Of a stretch of DNA of 64,000 bases, positions 50,010 to 62,540 are shown one piece after another. The notes under the pieces were generated by a model. That model worked only from the letters and a program-made list of their open reading frames with translations, did no database searches and was not told the origin of the DNA. The translations under genes were made by a program, and so were the position numbers. Location: positions 136,712,001 to 136,776,000 of the forward strand of contig NC_086097.1 of the NCBI RefSeq assembly GCF_963921235.1, written 5' to 3'. Each line of letters begins with the position of its first letter. Within the stretch, counting starts at the first letter, position 1. This DNA is from Mobula hypostoma. Its lineage: Eukaryota.

Positions 50010-52990
50010 CCGTGATTTGTAATGTAACAAGCTAGGTGATTTGTAGTGCAGTTAGAGATTGATGTTGTGGGTATCACTGAGTCAGGACTGAAAGAAGACC
50101 ATAGTTGGGAGCTTAACGTCAAAGCCTACACACTTTATTGAAAGGACAGGCAGGTAGGCAGAGGGGTGCAGTGGCTCTGTTGGTAAAAATTGAAATCAAA
50201 TCCTTAGAAAGAGGTATCATAGGATCAAAAGGTGTAGAATCCTTGTGGATAGTTAAGAAACAGCAAGGGTACAAAAATCCTGATAGGAGTTATATACAGG
50301 CCTCAGAATAGGAGCCAGAATCTGGGATATAAATTACAATGGGAGTTAGAAAAGGCATGGAAAAAGGACAATGTTACAACAGTCATGGAAGATTTCAATA
50401 CGCATGTAGATTACAAAAATTAGATTGGTGCAGGATCCCAAGAGTGGGAATTTATAAAATGCCTCCAAAATGCCTTTTTAGAGCAGCTTGTGTTTAAGCC
50501 CACTAGAGGTACAGCAATTCTGGATTGTGTGTTGTGTAAGGAACCAAATTTGATTGGGGAACTTAAGGTAAAAGAACCTTAGGAGACAGTGATCAAGATA
50601 TGACAGAATTCATCCTGCAGCTTGAGAGGAGAAGATAAAGTCAGATGTACCAGTATTACAATGGAGTAAAGGGAATTACAAAGGCATGAGATAGGAGCTG
50701 GCCAAAGTTGATTGGAAGGGTACACCATCAGGGATGACAGCACAACAGCAATGGCTGGAGTTTCTGTGGGAAATTCAGAAGGTGTAGTATAGATACATCC
50801 TGCAGACATAGAGTATTCTAAAGGGAAGATGAGGCAATTGTGACTGACAAGGGAAGTCAAAGACAACATAAAAGCAAAAGGGAGGGCATATAATATAGCA
50901 AAAATTAGTGGGAAGGTAGAGGATGGGGAAACTTTTAAAAACCAACTTTTAAAAAGCCTGAAGAGGAAAGGTGAAATATGAAGGTAAGCTAGCCAATAAT
51001 ATTAAGGACAATATCAAATATTTTTTCAGATATATGTATCAAGAGTAAGAGAGGCAAGAATAGTAATTGGACCGCTGGAAAATGATGCTGGAGAGGTAGA
51101 GATGGGGGACAAAGAAATGGTAGACGACTGTAGTAAGTATTTTGCATCAGTAAACACTGGAAGACATGAACAGTATGCCAGATATTCAAGGGTGTCAGGG
51201 GCAGAAGTGAGTCTAGCTGCTATTACTAAGAAGGTGTTTAGGAAGCTGAAAGGTCTGAAGGTAGATAAGTTACCTGGACCAGATGGACTACACTACACCC
51301 TGGTGTTCTGAAAGAGGTAGTTGAAGAAACTGTGGAGACTTCAGTAATCATCTTTCAATAATCACTAGATTCTGGAATGGTTTCGGAGGACTGGCAAATT
51401 GCAAATGTCTCTCCACTCTTCAAGAAGGGAGGGAGGCAGAAGAAAGGTGATTATAGGCCAGTTAGCCTGACTTGGAGTCCTTTGCCAAGGATGAGGTTTT
51501 GGGGTACTTGGAGGGTGCATGATAAAGTAGGTCAAAGTCAGCATGGTTTCCTTGAGGAGAAATCTGGCCTGACAAATCTGTTGGAAATTTTTGAGGAAAT
51601 AAGAACAGGATGGACAAAGGAGAATCAGTGGATAAACGAGGGAAAATCTGCAGATGCTGGAAATTCAAGCAACACACACAAAATGCTGGAGTAACTCTGC
51701 AGGCCAGGCAATATCTATGGAAAAGAGTACGGTAAATGTTTCAAGCTGAGACCCTTCGGCAGGACTGGAGAAAAAAGATGAGTAGATTTAGTCAGTGGAT
51801 GTTGTTTACTTGGATTTTGAAAAAGACTTTGAAAAGGTACTGCATATGAGGCTGCTTAACAAGAGTCCATGGTATTACAGAAAAGATACTAGCATAGATA
51901 GAAGACTGGCTGACTGGCAGAAGACAAAGAATTGGAATAAAGGGGCCCTATTCTGGTTGGTGACTAGTGGTGTTCCACAGGGGTGGATATTGGAACCGCC
52001 TCTTTTCACATTACTGTATATGTCAACAATTTGAATAATGGAATGGATGGCTTTGTGGCCAAGTCTGCAGATGAAACAAAGAAAGGTAGAGGGCAGGTAG
52101 TGTTGCAGAAGCAGGAAATCTGCAGAAGGTTTCAAGACAGATTGAGAAAATCAGCAAATAAGTGGCAAATGTAATATAGTGTAGGGAAGTATATGGTCAT
52201 GCATTTTAGCAGGAGTAAAGGCACTGGCTATTTTCTAAATGGGGAGAAAATTCAAAAATCAGAGGTGCAAAGGGACTTTGGAGTACTGGTACAGGATTCC
52301 CTAAAGGGTAATTGCAAGTCGAGTCAGTGGTCAGAAAGGCAAATGCAATGTTAGCATTCATCTTGAGAAGACTAGAATACAAGTGCAAGGATGTGATATT
52401 GAGGCTTTATAAGGCACTGGCCAGACTGCACCTGGAGTACTGTGAGCAGTTTTTCGCCCTTATCTAAGAAAGGATGCGCTGTAATTGGAGAGGGTTCATA
52501 GGAGGTTCACGAGAATAATTCCTGGGATGAAAGAGTTAATGTACGAGAGGCGTTTGATGGCTCTGGGCCTGTACTCACTGGAATTCAGAAGAATCGGTGG
52601 AATCTCAATGAAATCTATCAAATATTGAAGTGCCTAGATAGAATGGATGCAGAGAGGATGTTTTCTATAGTGGATGAGTCTAGCACCAGTGGGCACAGCT
52701 TCGGAAAAGAGCGCTGTCCATTTAGAACAGAAATGAGGTAGAATTTCTTTCGCCAGAGGGTGGTGAATCTGTGGAATTCATTGCTATGGATGGCTGTGGA
52801 GACCAAGTCATGAGTGTATTTAAAGCGGAAGTTGATAAGTTTTTGAATAATCAGTTTGAATAAAGGTTATGAAGAGAAGGCAGCATAATGGGGTTGAGAG
52901 GGATAATCAATCAACCATGATGGAGTGGAGGAGCAGACTTGATGGACTGAATGGCCTATTTCTACTCTTACGTTTTATGGTCTAACCAGA
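50010..52990 (+). mobile_element. Decayed CR1-type LINE ORF2 (EN plus RT), interrupted by a Penelope-derived SINE at ~51634-51792
   Basis: DVVGITE; GPDG; DWQIANVSPLFKKGG...YRPVSL; DVVYLDF.K.F.KV; SGVPQG; ADET. TCAGTGGAT flanks both sides of the nested SINE. Confidence 0.9.
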
Positions 52991-54744
52991 AATTCTACTG
53001 CATGGACTCAAATCTCACATATCAGCAGGTTATGAATAATATACACTCTAGACCTCATAATCTTGCATCTTATTGCTTACCTGCACTGCCCTTTCTCTGC
53101 AGCTGTTATATGTTATTCTGCATTGTTATTGTTCTACCTTGTTCTACATCAAGTTCAAGTTTAATTGTCATAAACCATACACGAATACAGTCAACAAAAC
53201 AGCGTTACTCCGGGGCCAAGATGCAAAACACAATACCAACAGGCACATATAGCACATAGCAGTAAAGTGAAATCACACAAGAAAATAGTCCAAGTCCCCG
53301 AGGCCATGAATGTGCAGCTCGTCTGCAGTCAAACAGTTTGCCTTCTGCCAAGCAAATACAGGGGAGCAGCACCAACTCCAGCACAGACACTGCCCCACAT
53401 CATCTCCGGCACTCCAGTGGAGCACCCAACTCCGATGCCTCCCCCGGGTGGCTGCAAACAGGTGACACCACAACTTGAGGCCTGGTCCTCACTACAACTG
53501 AGGCCACACAGCTCCCCCACTGCCTGCTCTCTCTGTTGGCCAACTAAACAATGAAGTGGACTTGCAACATCCCACACCATCAATGTCCAACAGGGTCTTG
53601 CGATCACAAGAAAAGCAACTAAGGCAATCACTCGCTGTTAGACTGCATACATCCTTCACGTACCGATGCCTCTCTGTCACAGGCAGCATCATGTTCTGCA
53701 CAAGTCCAGCCCCTTCAATTTCTCCATCAATGGGAAACTTGCTGATGGGGTAGATCTAAAGTACTTCAAGTTCTTAATATCCAGCAGGGTCTTGTGATTA
53801 TGAAAAGTACATTTAAAAAAAGACAATAACACCTTCGGTTGAGCTCACAGAATCTGCTGCGTCCAAATGTACTGCCATCTTAACACAGGTCACAGCACTG
53901 TGTAATGATTTGATCTGTATTTCACTGTATCTTGCCACATGTAACAATAATAAACCAATTCCAATTCTAGTTCCATGAAACTCAGCGTTGGTGGATACTT
54001 TCAGACAGATGTAGTCCCTAACTGGTCTTCTACTTAGGTAATAAAGGCTCCAGGAGTGAAAATTAATTATCTATAGTTAATGGCTAGACTACCTGACAGG
54101 AAGGGATGACACCACCACAAAATTGCAATTGCAATTCCTCTAACTACAGTTGAAGTGCAGTTGTAGCATTTTTCTGTCAGTTTGTCTTCATTGTTGTTCT
54201 ATGTCTAGTTATCTAGTACCAGACCTAAAGGGCACTAACTTCCCACATCTATGTGAGTAACATCCAGCCTGTTCCATGCAGCCATCATCCCCCTCTGCTT
54301 GTTACCTAAGCAATGCCTCAATTTTAAAGTCCTCATTCTAGATTTCAGGTCCCAGCAAAGCTTCATCTTCCCCTGTTTCTGCAACCTCCTTCAGTCCTGA
54401 ATCCAATCCAGGTTGTTCGAATTCACTCTTTGTCCATTGGGTATATTCAAAGAATAAAAACTCCATCATTTTTTGTCATTCCTTCAACCGCCAAAATTCT
54501 GTAATTCCACCACCTCCCTTGATTTCTTTTAAATTATCCTTAATATTTATATCTCTAATCAAGCTTTTAACCTCCTCCCTTAATCTTTTCTCAGCCTGTC
54601 ACATTTAATTCCCATTTTAGGATATTGTTCCACATTAAAGATTTTAAGCAATGCAAGTAGTTGTTGTTTGATTAAGCAGCTGGTCAAGTAAACAGAAACA
54701 ACATTTAATATTCAAAGGTTCAAGACTCAGAGTACATTTATAAC

Positions 54745-55480
54745 GAAAGACCATAAAATATAGAAGCAGAATTAGGCTACCTGGCCATTGGATCTGCTCC
54801 GCCATTCAATCATGGCTGATCCTTTTTTTAAATCTCCTCCTCAACCCCAGTTCCCGGCCTTCTCCCCGTAACCTTTGATGCCATGTCCAGTCAAGAACCT
54901 ATCAATCTCTGTCTTAAATAAACCCAACAACCTGCCCTCCATAGCTGTGTGTGGCAACAAATTCCACAAATTTACCACCTTTTGGCTAAAGAAATTTCTC
55001 TGCATCTCTGTTTCGAAAGGGCACCCTCTATCCGAAGGCTGTGCCCTCTTGTCCTAGACTCTCCCACCATGGAAAACATCCTTTCCACACCTACTCTGTC
55101 TAGTCTTTTCAACTTTCAGAAGGTTTCAATGAGATCCCCCCTTATCCTTCTGAATCCTACTGAGTACAGACCCAGAGCCATCAAAAGTTCCTCGTATGAT
55201 AACCCTTTCATTCCTGGAATCACCCTTGTGAACCTCCTCTGGATCCTCTCCAATGCCAACACATCTTTTCTAAGATGAGGGGCCCAAAACTGTTCACAAT
55301 ACTCAAGATGAGGCCTCACCAGTGCCTTATAAAGCCTCAGTATCACATCCTTGCTCTTGTATTCTCGACCGCTTGAAATGAATGCTAACATGGCATTTCC
55401 TCACCACTGACTCAACCTGCAAGTTAACCTTTAGGGTGTTCTGCACAAGGACTCCCAAGTCCCTCTGCATCTCAGACTTC
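54745..55480 (-). mobile_element. CR1-type LINE 3' fragment
   Basis: LYKALVRPHLEYCEQFWAPHLRKDVLALERIQRRFTRVIPGMKGLSYEE. Confidence 0.9.
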
Positions 55481-56661
55481 TGGGGGATGGGAATCCTTAT
55501 GCAGAACATTTATTATCACAGACTGTATAAATTATACAACTTTAAGATTAATTTGCTTACAGATAGCCAAAAAGCAAGAAACCCAAAAGAACCCAGTTAA
55601 AGAAAAAAATATATATCTTATGTTTGTTGCATTAACTCTGTTCTCTCTTCAGGGATGGTACCGAATTGCTAAAGAACTCGGCTTTTATTTTAGATGCTCA
55701 GCATCTATGGGATTTCCGTTTTGCAATGGCATTGCTGCTGGTTTAATAATTTCTCTCTGCCTTTCCTCATTTTCCTATTTTGCTGTCTTTGTTTCAATTT
55801 TATCCATTACTAATATCACTTATTTCCCCTCCACAATGTCAGTCACTGCCTCAGCCCCCAAACCACTGAAACTATCGTGTATGTTAATGCAACCTTAGAC
55901 TCAATTATGGCAGCTCACCATCGAGATGGCTGTTCATTCAAATTTCCATTTGTCTCAAAATCCAACTGCACTGCAAGACCTGACTAGAATAATCAACACT
56001 AATTTAGAGGAGGATACAAGGAGCGTTACACTGTAAGACACAAGATGTTAACCAAGGGCCTTCTCCAAAACTAAATCCTTAGCTGGGATTAATAATGGGT
56101 ACCTAGTAGGCGGAAAGGATAAATCTTAATGGGCAGAATGGCATTATCTATTGAAGACACCAGAGATTGAAGGTGCTGGAAACTGGAGCAACAAACAATC
56201 TGCTGGAGGAACTAAATAGGCTGAATAGCATCTGTGGGAACTGGAAGCGTGGGGGAGGAATTGTCGATACGTATTTCAAGTTGAGACCCTGCATCGCACT
56301 AAAAGCGTAGAGAAAATGGCCACTATAAAGAAGAGAGAGGAGGCAGAGCAGATTGATTACTGGACCACTTCTCTTCCCTTACCTGGCTTGATCAGCACCT
56401 AAAACCTTCACCTTCTTTCAGGATATCAATCACCTCTGGGCCCATCTCACCACTCACCCTCTGCTCTTTATACTGGCCAGTTTCCCTCTCAGCCAGCCTA
56501 CAAACAGCATCTTCACCCTGAGTTTCAACAGCAGGTTGTTTGCTGCTGACATAATTTATATCTGTGAATGTCTAATCATTCATCGACCTAACCGAAGGTA
56601 TGCAGCATTCAGAATATTGTGAGCCATTTGGGTCAACAATGAAATGTGGAACAATACTTAC

Positions 56662-56813
56662 TCAGACAAGGGTGGAGAGTCTTTCACATCACTGTCCTCT
56701 TCTTCACAAGCATTTATACTATTCAGGCATTCTTGTATTAATGTTGGTACAGATTCCTCATAGTCAGTGGCCTGTGCGTTGGAACTAATTTCTTCCCAAT
56801 CTGTACTACAGAA
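56662..56813 (-). CDS. MTBP: MTBP coding exon (~exon 4), FCSTDWEEISSNAQATDYEESVPTLIQECLNSINACEEEDSDVKDSPPLS(E)
   Basis: cttctttcaag acceptor, GA|gtaagt donor, 152 nt. FCS.DW.E and ECL...EEED motifs; phases match neighbours. Confidence 0.9.
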
Positions 56814-57207
56814 CTTGAAAGAAGACAATAAACGATAGTGATCTTAAGATACATCCAGGAAGTTGGACTCTGAGGTTTTTGATGTTGCTTGTTACATACT
56901 ACTCTGATTTTACTCAGATTTCCCACAGGGATGTGTACTCAAAACATTGGTCTCTACTCTGATCTAGGTCTGACTAAGGTGCCCACTGAAGTTCAGGGAT
57001 CTCTGTGTCACAGGTTTCACTTGGCTAGTTTAATTTCATTCTGGCATCAGCAAATGGAAATTCCTATCGACTGTAATATCATCAAAAGATTGAGTGGTCA
57101 ATCAACGTGAAGAGTTCTCAAAGAGAGAAAGAACTAGGAAGTAAGAAGCAGATCCTATTACTCACTTTTTATAATTTCACAGGAAGTGAAATAAAGGTAG
57201 GAAACAC

Positions 57208-57740
57208 ACAGGCTGAGTCACTGTCTGGTATGGAGGGGTTACTGCACAGGACCGAAAGAAGCTGCAGAAGGTTGTAAATCTAGTCAGCTCCATCTTGGGT
57301 ACTAGCCTACAAAGAACACAGGACATCTTTATGGAGCGGTGGTTCTGAAAGCAGCATCCATTATTACGGACCTCCAGCACCCAGGGCATGCCCTTTTCTC
57401 ACTGTTACCATCAAGTAGGAGGTACAGAAGCCTGAAGGCACACACTCCGTAATTCAGGAACAGCTTCTTTCCCTCTATCATCTGATTACTAAATGGACAT
57501 TGAAGCTTTGGACACTACCTCACTTTTTTTTTAAATATGTAGTATTTCTATTCTTGCACATTTTTAAAAATCTATTCAATATATGTATTGATTTATTTGT
57601 TTATTTATTATGTTTTATTTTATTTATTATTATTATTTTTTCTCTCTCTGCTAGATTATGCATTGCATTGAGCTGCTGCCGCTAAATTAATAAATTTCAC
57701 ATCACGTGCCGGTGATAATAAACCTGATTCTGACTCTGAT
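57208..57740 (+). mobile_element. Rex1-like LINE 3' fragment
   Basis: Strong similarity to 41075-41578, including the (GATTCT) tail. Confidence 0.85.
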
Positions 57741-58224
57741 GCCATCATGGTATTAATTTAAGGTACAGACAGTCCCCCGTTATGATATGGTTCCATTCCT
57801 GAAAACTGTTCACAATAGAATGTTTTGTAAATCGGAGAAAACGAAGGCAGTGTGGAAGGGGATCGCAGAAATAGCTGTGACTAGAGCGGGAGTAGATATG
57901 AGAAGAGCAGCTGCCAGCCAGCCTCAAGGACTCAGTAAGACTGCTCAGTGCTTCAGATTTTGCTTGGCTCATCCCAGCTCCTGACTGCTGCAACTCAGAG
58001 GGGTGGGATATGAAGGGAGACATTCCCATCCAGCAGAAGATGTCTACAGCCTCCCAATAACTGTCAGATCCATTACCTTCCATCCTGCCAGTCTCCTGAA
58101 CAGGATGTCCATAAATCAGGTGTAGGATTTTGCAAATCAAATATGTGAGTCATTTTATGTGCTTAGCAAAAGCCACAGCCTTTACTTCCATTATGAACAA
58201 ACCAAAAGCAGTCGCCTTACACTG

Positions 58225-61200
58225 ACATTATTGTGCAAGACACCAGCTCTTACAGTGAATACAACTCGATGACAGTGTTTGTGAATTATATAGACCAGCT
58301 TCTATTATGAATAATATGTGTCATCTGTCACCAATGACAGATACCCTGCACAGGCTACCCCAAAATCCACCAAAACAGGCATTGTGAGTCTGCCTGGAGT
58401 TCATATGAACTGCCCGGCTTGGATCCTATGTGCTCCAGTTGGAGTAACAGCAAGTGCCTCTGGCTCATTTAGGGGTGTGCTGACATGCGCGTGGTCATGT
58501 CGTGATGTAGGGGGTATGGTACTGGAACTAGCCAGGTCCTGGTGGGTGGGTTTAAGGCAATCTACCAAAATACATTGGGACAGATGGTGGGGGAGCTGTG
58601 TGGCCTTGGTCGTAGCGAGGATTAGGCCTCAAGTCGTGGTGTTGCCTGTTTACAGCCACCCAGGAGAGAGGCATCAGAATCAGTGTGGTGTGGTGTCCAA
58701 ACTGGAGTCAGTGCTGCCCTATCAGTGTTCACTCAGCAGAAGACAAGCTGCATTGTGTTTGACCACAGATTACTGCAACATTCATGGACTCAGGGTCTTG
58801 AACTATATTTTTTTGTGTGATGGTATTATACAGATATCTTATATCATTATATGTGCCTTGTGCTGTGTGTGGCTGTTGGTACTGTGTTTTGCACCTTGGC
58901 CCTGGAGTAACACTGTCTCATTTGGGATATTCATGTATGGTAGAATGACAATTAAATTTGAATTTTACATTCAACTTTACCCTTCCTGTTTACAGTTAAA
59001 AGCCTTTTTGCCCCAAAACATGGAACGGGCCATTGTCAGGGGGCTTAAGGGGGTGTTAATGTGCATCACAGCGGACAAAAATGAACAAGGTAGACCACGG
59101 GTCAACAGGAACCCAAGAGTGTTGTACACCGTGATTGGAGAAAGGACTAAGTATAGAAGGATTGAGTTTACTGAGGAGGACGCAATGCTGCTGAGATGCC
59201 AAGCAGGTGGCCGTGGGTTCAGAATAAAATCACCCGGCACCCAGAGTTGCTGCCCATACACCAACTCAGCTGCAGAAGACCGCAGGTCCTCTTCTGGAGC
59301 CGTTCTGAGCCCCACAGGACCCACGGAAGACATTTGTGCCAAGACTTGTCCATCAGGGAGACCCTCAGAGCAGCCTTTAAGGAACAGTGAAACTGCTTGT
59401 ACAGGCTATTGGACTGTGGGTGATACACAATTTTACACCGAGATTCTGAGCAACTACGGCCCAAAGGTCGGACTTGAATTGGGAATTGCAGGGAAGAAAT
59501 ATCAGATGCAATGCCGAACCAAGCGACCTAGGAATTGATGAATGCCTGAGCCACATCCGCAGCTGTCATTGACGCTAGAGGGACAACCTCTGGCCATGTG
59601 CTGGTATAGTCCACCATGGTAAGCACCACACCCACAGCCTAGTTTGAGATGTCAGTAGTGATGTCTATAGGTGCAATGGGGCGAGGGTGCACCAATGGGG
59701 TCATATTTGAAAGAGCTCTTCGCTGTCATCACCAAGTGAGCTGTGGTCTTATCCACTGACCACTCAAGCATGTGGTTAGGGGCACTAGCTTTAAGGGCAC
59801 TAGACATGGAAAGCATAAGTTCAGTGGCTCACGAATGAAACAGTGATAGAAATTCACTTTCCCTAAAATCTCTTGCAGTGTCTTGGTAGTACGGGGCAGT
59901 GTAAAGTCCATTATAGCCACGACTTTTGATGGCAGAGGGTGTTGCACCTTCTATGGAGATGCAGTGGCCGACAAAGTCAATAGCAGACAAGCCAAACTGG
60001 CGGGGTTAATAATTAGCCTGGGTTGGCTTAAGCACTTGAAAAGCGTACAGAGATATGATAAGTGCTCGGTTTTGGATGAGCTGGCGAGTAGTATTCATCT
60101 AGGTAAATAAAAAGAAAATCTAATTCTTTTAACACAGAGTCCATGAATCACTGGAAAATCTGCATTTTTCAGTCCAAACGGCATGCATAGAAGCTCAAAT
60201 AGGCCAAATGGGGTTATAACAGCAGTTCTTGGAGTGCCCTCAATGCACACAGGCACCTGATGGTAGTCCCTGATTAAGTCCACTTTAGAAAAAAATTATC
60301 CTCGCAGCTAACCATGCTGAAAAGCCATGAATATGTGGGACCAGGTAACGATCGGGGGAGATGGCCTCATTAACGCAGTTGTAATTGCTGCATGGACAGC
60401 AACCACCATCGGGCTTACAGACCATGTGGAGGGGTGAAGCCCAAGGGCTATTCAACCTGCATACAATGCCAAGCATTTCCATGTTAGCAAACTCAGCCAT
60501 CACACTGGCCAACTTTTCTGGATCCAGTCTATGTACATGGGCATGGACCAGCAAGCCAGTTGTGGAAATGTGGTGCTCAACCCCATGCTTTGTGATTGTA
60601 GTAGAGAATGTGGGTTTGGTAAGTTTTGGGAATTTGCCTATTAGGCAATTGATTTCACATGTGGGGATACGGGGTAACAACCCAAAGTCCTTTGTGTCCA
60701 CAAGCTGGCAGTTGTTAAGAGCTACTAACAGTCCTTTGGTGCACAGGAAATTTGGGCCGAGCAGAGGTTTAGCAACTTTAGTCAAGACAAAAAGTCCAAT
60801 GTGTAGTGTTGTTCATTGAACAGAGCATAAGGTGTCGTTTCCATCAAGGTCTGCCTTATAATAAGTGGGCGATGCTGGCAGCACTTTCACTTGAAAGGGT
60901 GTTCGCACTGAGCAATAGACAACCCTGGCAGCTGAAACTCATGGTGTTCACAGACCTCCGATGTCTCGATGTGCTGGCATGTTGAAGCCGCATGGTGGTC
61001 GGGACTTCTTAGCATTTGTACTGAAGCATGCATGGTAGAAACAAAGACCCGGCATTATCTGGTTCAGAACCCTGGCCATGAGTCTGCTGGTGGCACTGCT
61101 GACGGGGCTTATTGAGACAAGGAAAGGAGGCGGAAGCCATGGCCTTTTACTTCCATTACATCAGACACTGTCTCTTAACGTGAACACAACAATTCAATGA

Positions 61201-61267
61201 CGGTGTTTGTGAATTGTGTAGATCAGTTTCTATTATGAACAATATGTGTCATCTGTCACCCATTACA
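58225..61267 (-). mobile_element. Decayed Ty3/Gypsy LTR retrotransposon with two LTR remnants
   Basis: Direct repeats ~58235-58339 and ~61163-61267. RT remnants SPWASPLHMV.K.DG and DL...YHQVPV...TAVITPFGLFE..MPFGLKNA; LG.VNFYH.FI; integrase YHPQSN; gag CFYH-like motif near 61030-61050. Confidence 0.88.
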
Positions 61268-62466
61268 TTACCCTACATGGGTATTTGTAATCTGGGGTAA
61301 GACTGTAATCTAAACATTTTTTAAAAATTATATTTGAAAGCCTATGAAATAAACACAGAAGGGAGTAAACCGATTCCAGAAATATTAATGAAAGCAGAAA
61401 TGCCAGAATGACTTAGGTCAGCAAACATTTGTGGGGAAAAAACATCAGCACTGCAGGATTGCCATCCTTTGTCAGAACTGAAAGATCACAGAACTGAAAC
61501 ATTAATAGTTTTCTCTTTCTAAAGCTGCTGCCTGATCTGCTTAGTCTTCTCAGTATTTTCTGTCTTTGTTTCAGATTTTCTGCCTCTGCAATTACAATGA
61601 CTTTCGTTTATCAGAAACATAAAAACAGTTTCTCAAGGCCAAATAGGTTAGTCAGCAATAACTATCTATGCCATTAAAAACACAGAAGCACTCATATAAG
61701 GGATTATTTTTTCTCAGGGGTTTTAAAACAAAAAGAATAGTGCATCAACATTTGAAGATCTCATCCTTTGAGATGATTCCCTCTGTAAGGTCTTCAGTGG
61801 TACAGCAATTCTCACTTTTATCTGCCAAGGTGCAGGCTCCAGCAGTTCTTGTCAGGTTCATAGTAAATCTCAACAATGTCATCTTCATCACAACCACACA
61901 AATTGGGGCAGAAAAATCCCCCAGTCCCCCACCTTCATGCCACCTTAGGTAAATTTGGTTTTATTTCACTTATTTTGTTCTATCAATTTGATCTTCTACC
62001 AACAAGAAATCATGATCAGAGAAACAGTCAGTTACAAAGATGCATAAGAACAGTGGGAAGCTGATATTCTCAAAATGCTTGCTTCTCAAGGCCAAACCCA
62101 CCCATTACTATTCCATCAATTTTAAGACCACATCTATCCCGTATCATCACTTTTAGAGGAAAATGGAACATTTGATGCATTTTAAACATTCTCAACTTTA
62201 GTACTGCTTATTTAGATTTATTTTCTGTAATTATGTTCTCATTTTAAATGAATACAGTACATGCAACTATTGTGCTGTTGATATATTTTCCGAAAATAGA
62301 GGCACCATACACAGCTATTCATTTCATATTTCCTAATGACAAAGAGGAGGCCACTTCGGCCCAATCAATCCATATTGGCTCAATGAGAAATCATGTTCCC
62401 TGTGACTTATCGTCCTATATTCGCAATAACACTCTCCCATGCCTCCAGGTTTCCAGCCTTCCTCAC

Positions 62467-62540
62467 CTGTGAAAAGCCATGGATTGCTTGAATTGCAAAG
62501 AACCATTTTTGTGCGACTGGAGTTCCAGTTATTGAGCAGG
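62467..62540 (-). CDS. MTBP: MTBP coding exon (~exon 3), (A)CSITGTPVAQKWFFAIQAIHGFSQ
   Basis: tctttttcag acceptor, CAG|gtgagg donor, 74 nt. Peptide resembles the vertebrate MTBP N-terminal motif KWFFA(V/I)QAI.GF.Q (recalled, not searched). Confidence 0.9.

Noticed and set aside
55640..55760. Plus-strand acceptor-like ttctctcttcag followed by an open frame
   Set aside because: No convincing donor, no homology and no partner exons for an antisense gene.
58318..59538. 406-aa plus-strand ORF, the longest in the track
   Set aside because: It starts at GTG and runs through an LTR remnant, a nested non-coding repeat and the antisense of Gypsy integrase. No recognisable domain; best explained as a chance frame.
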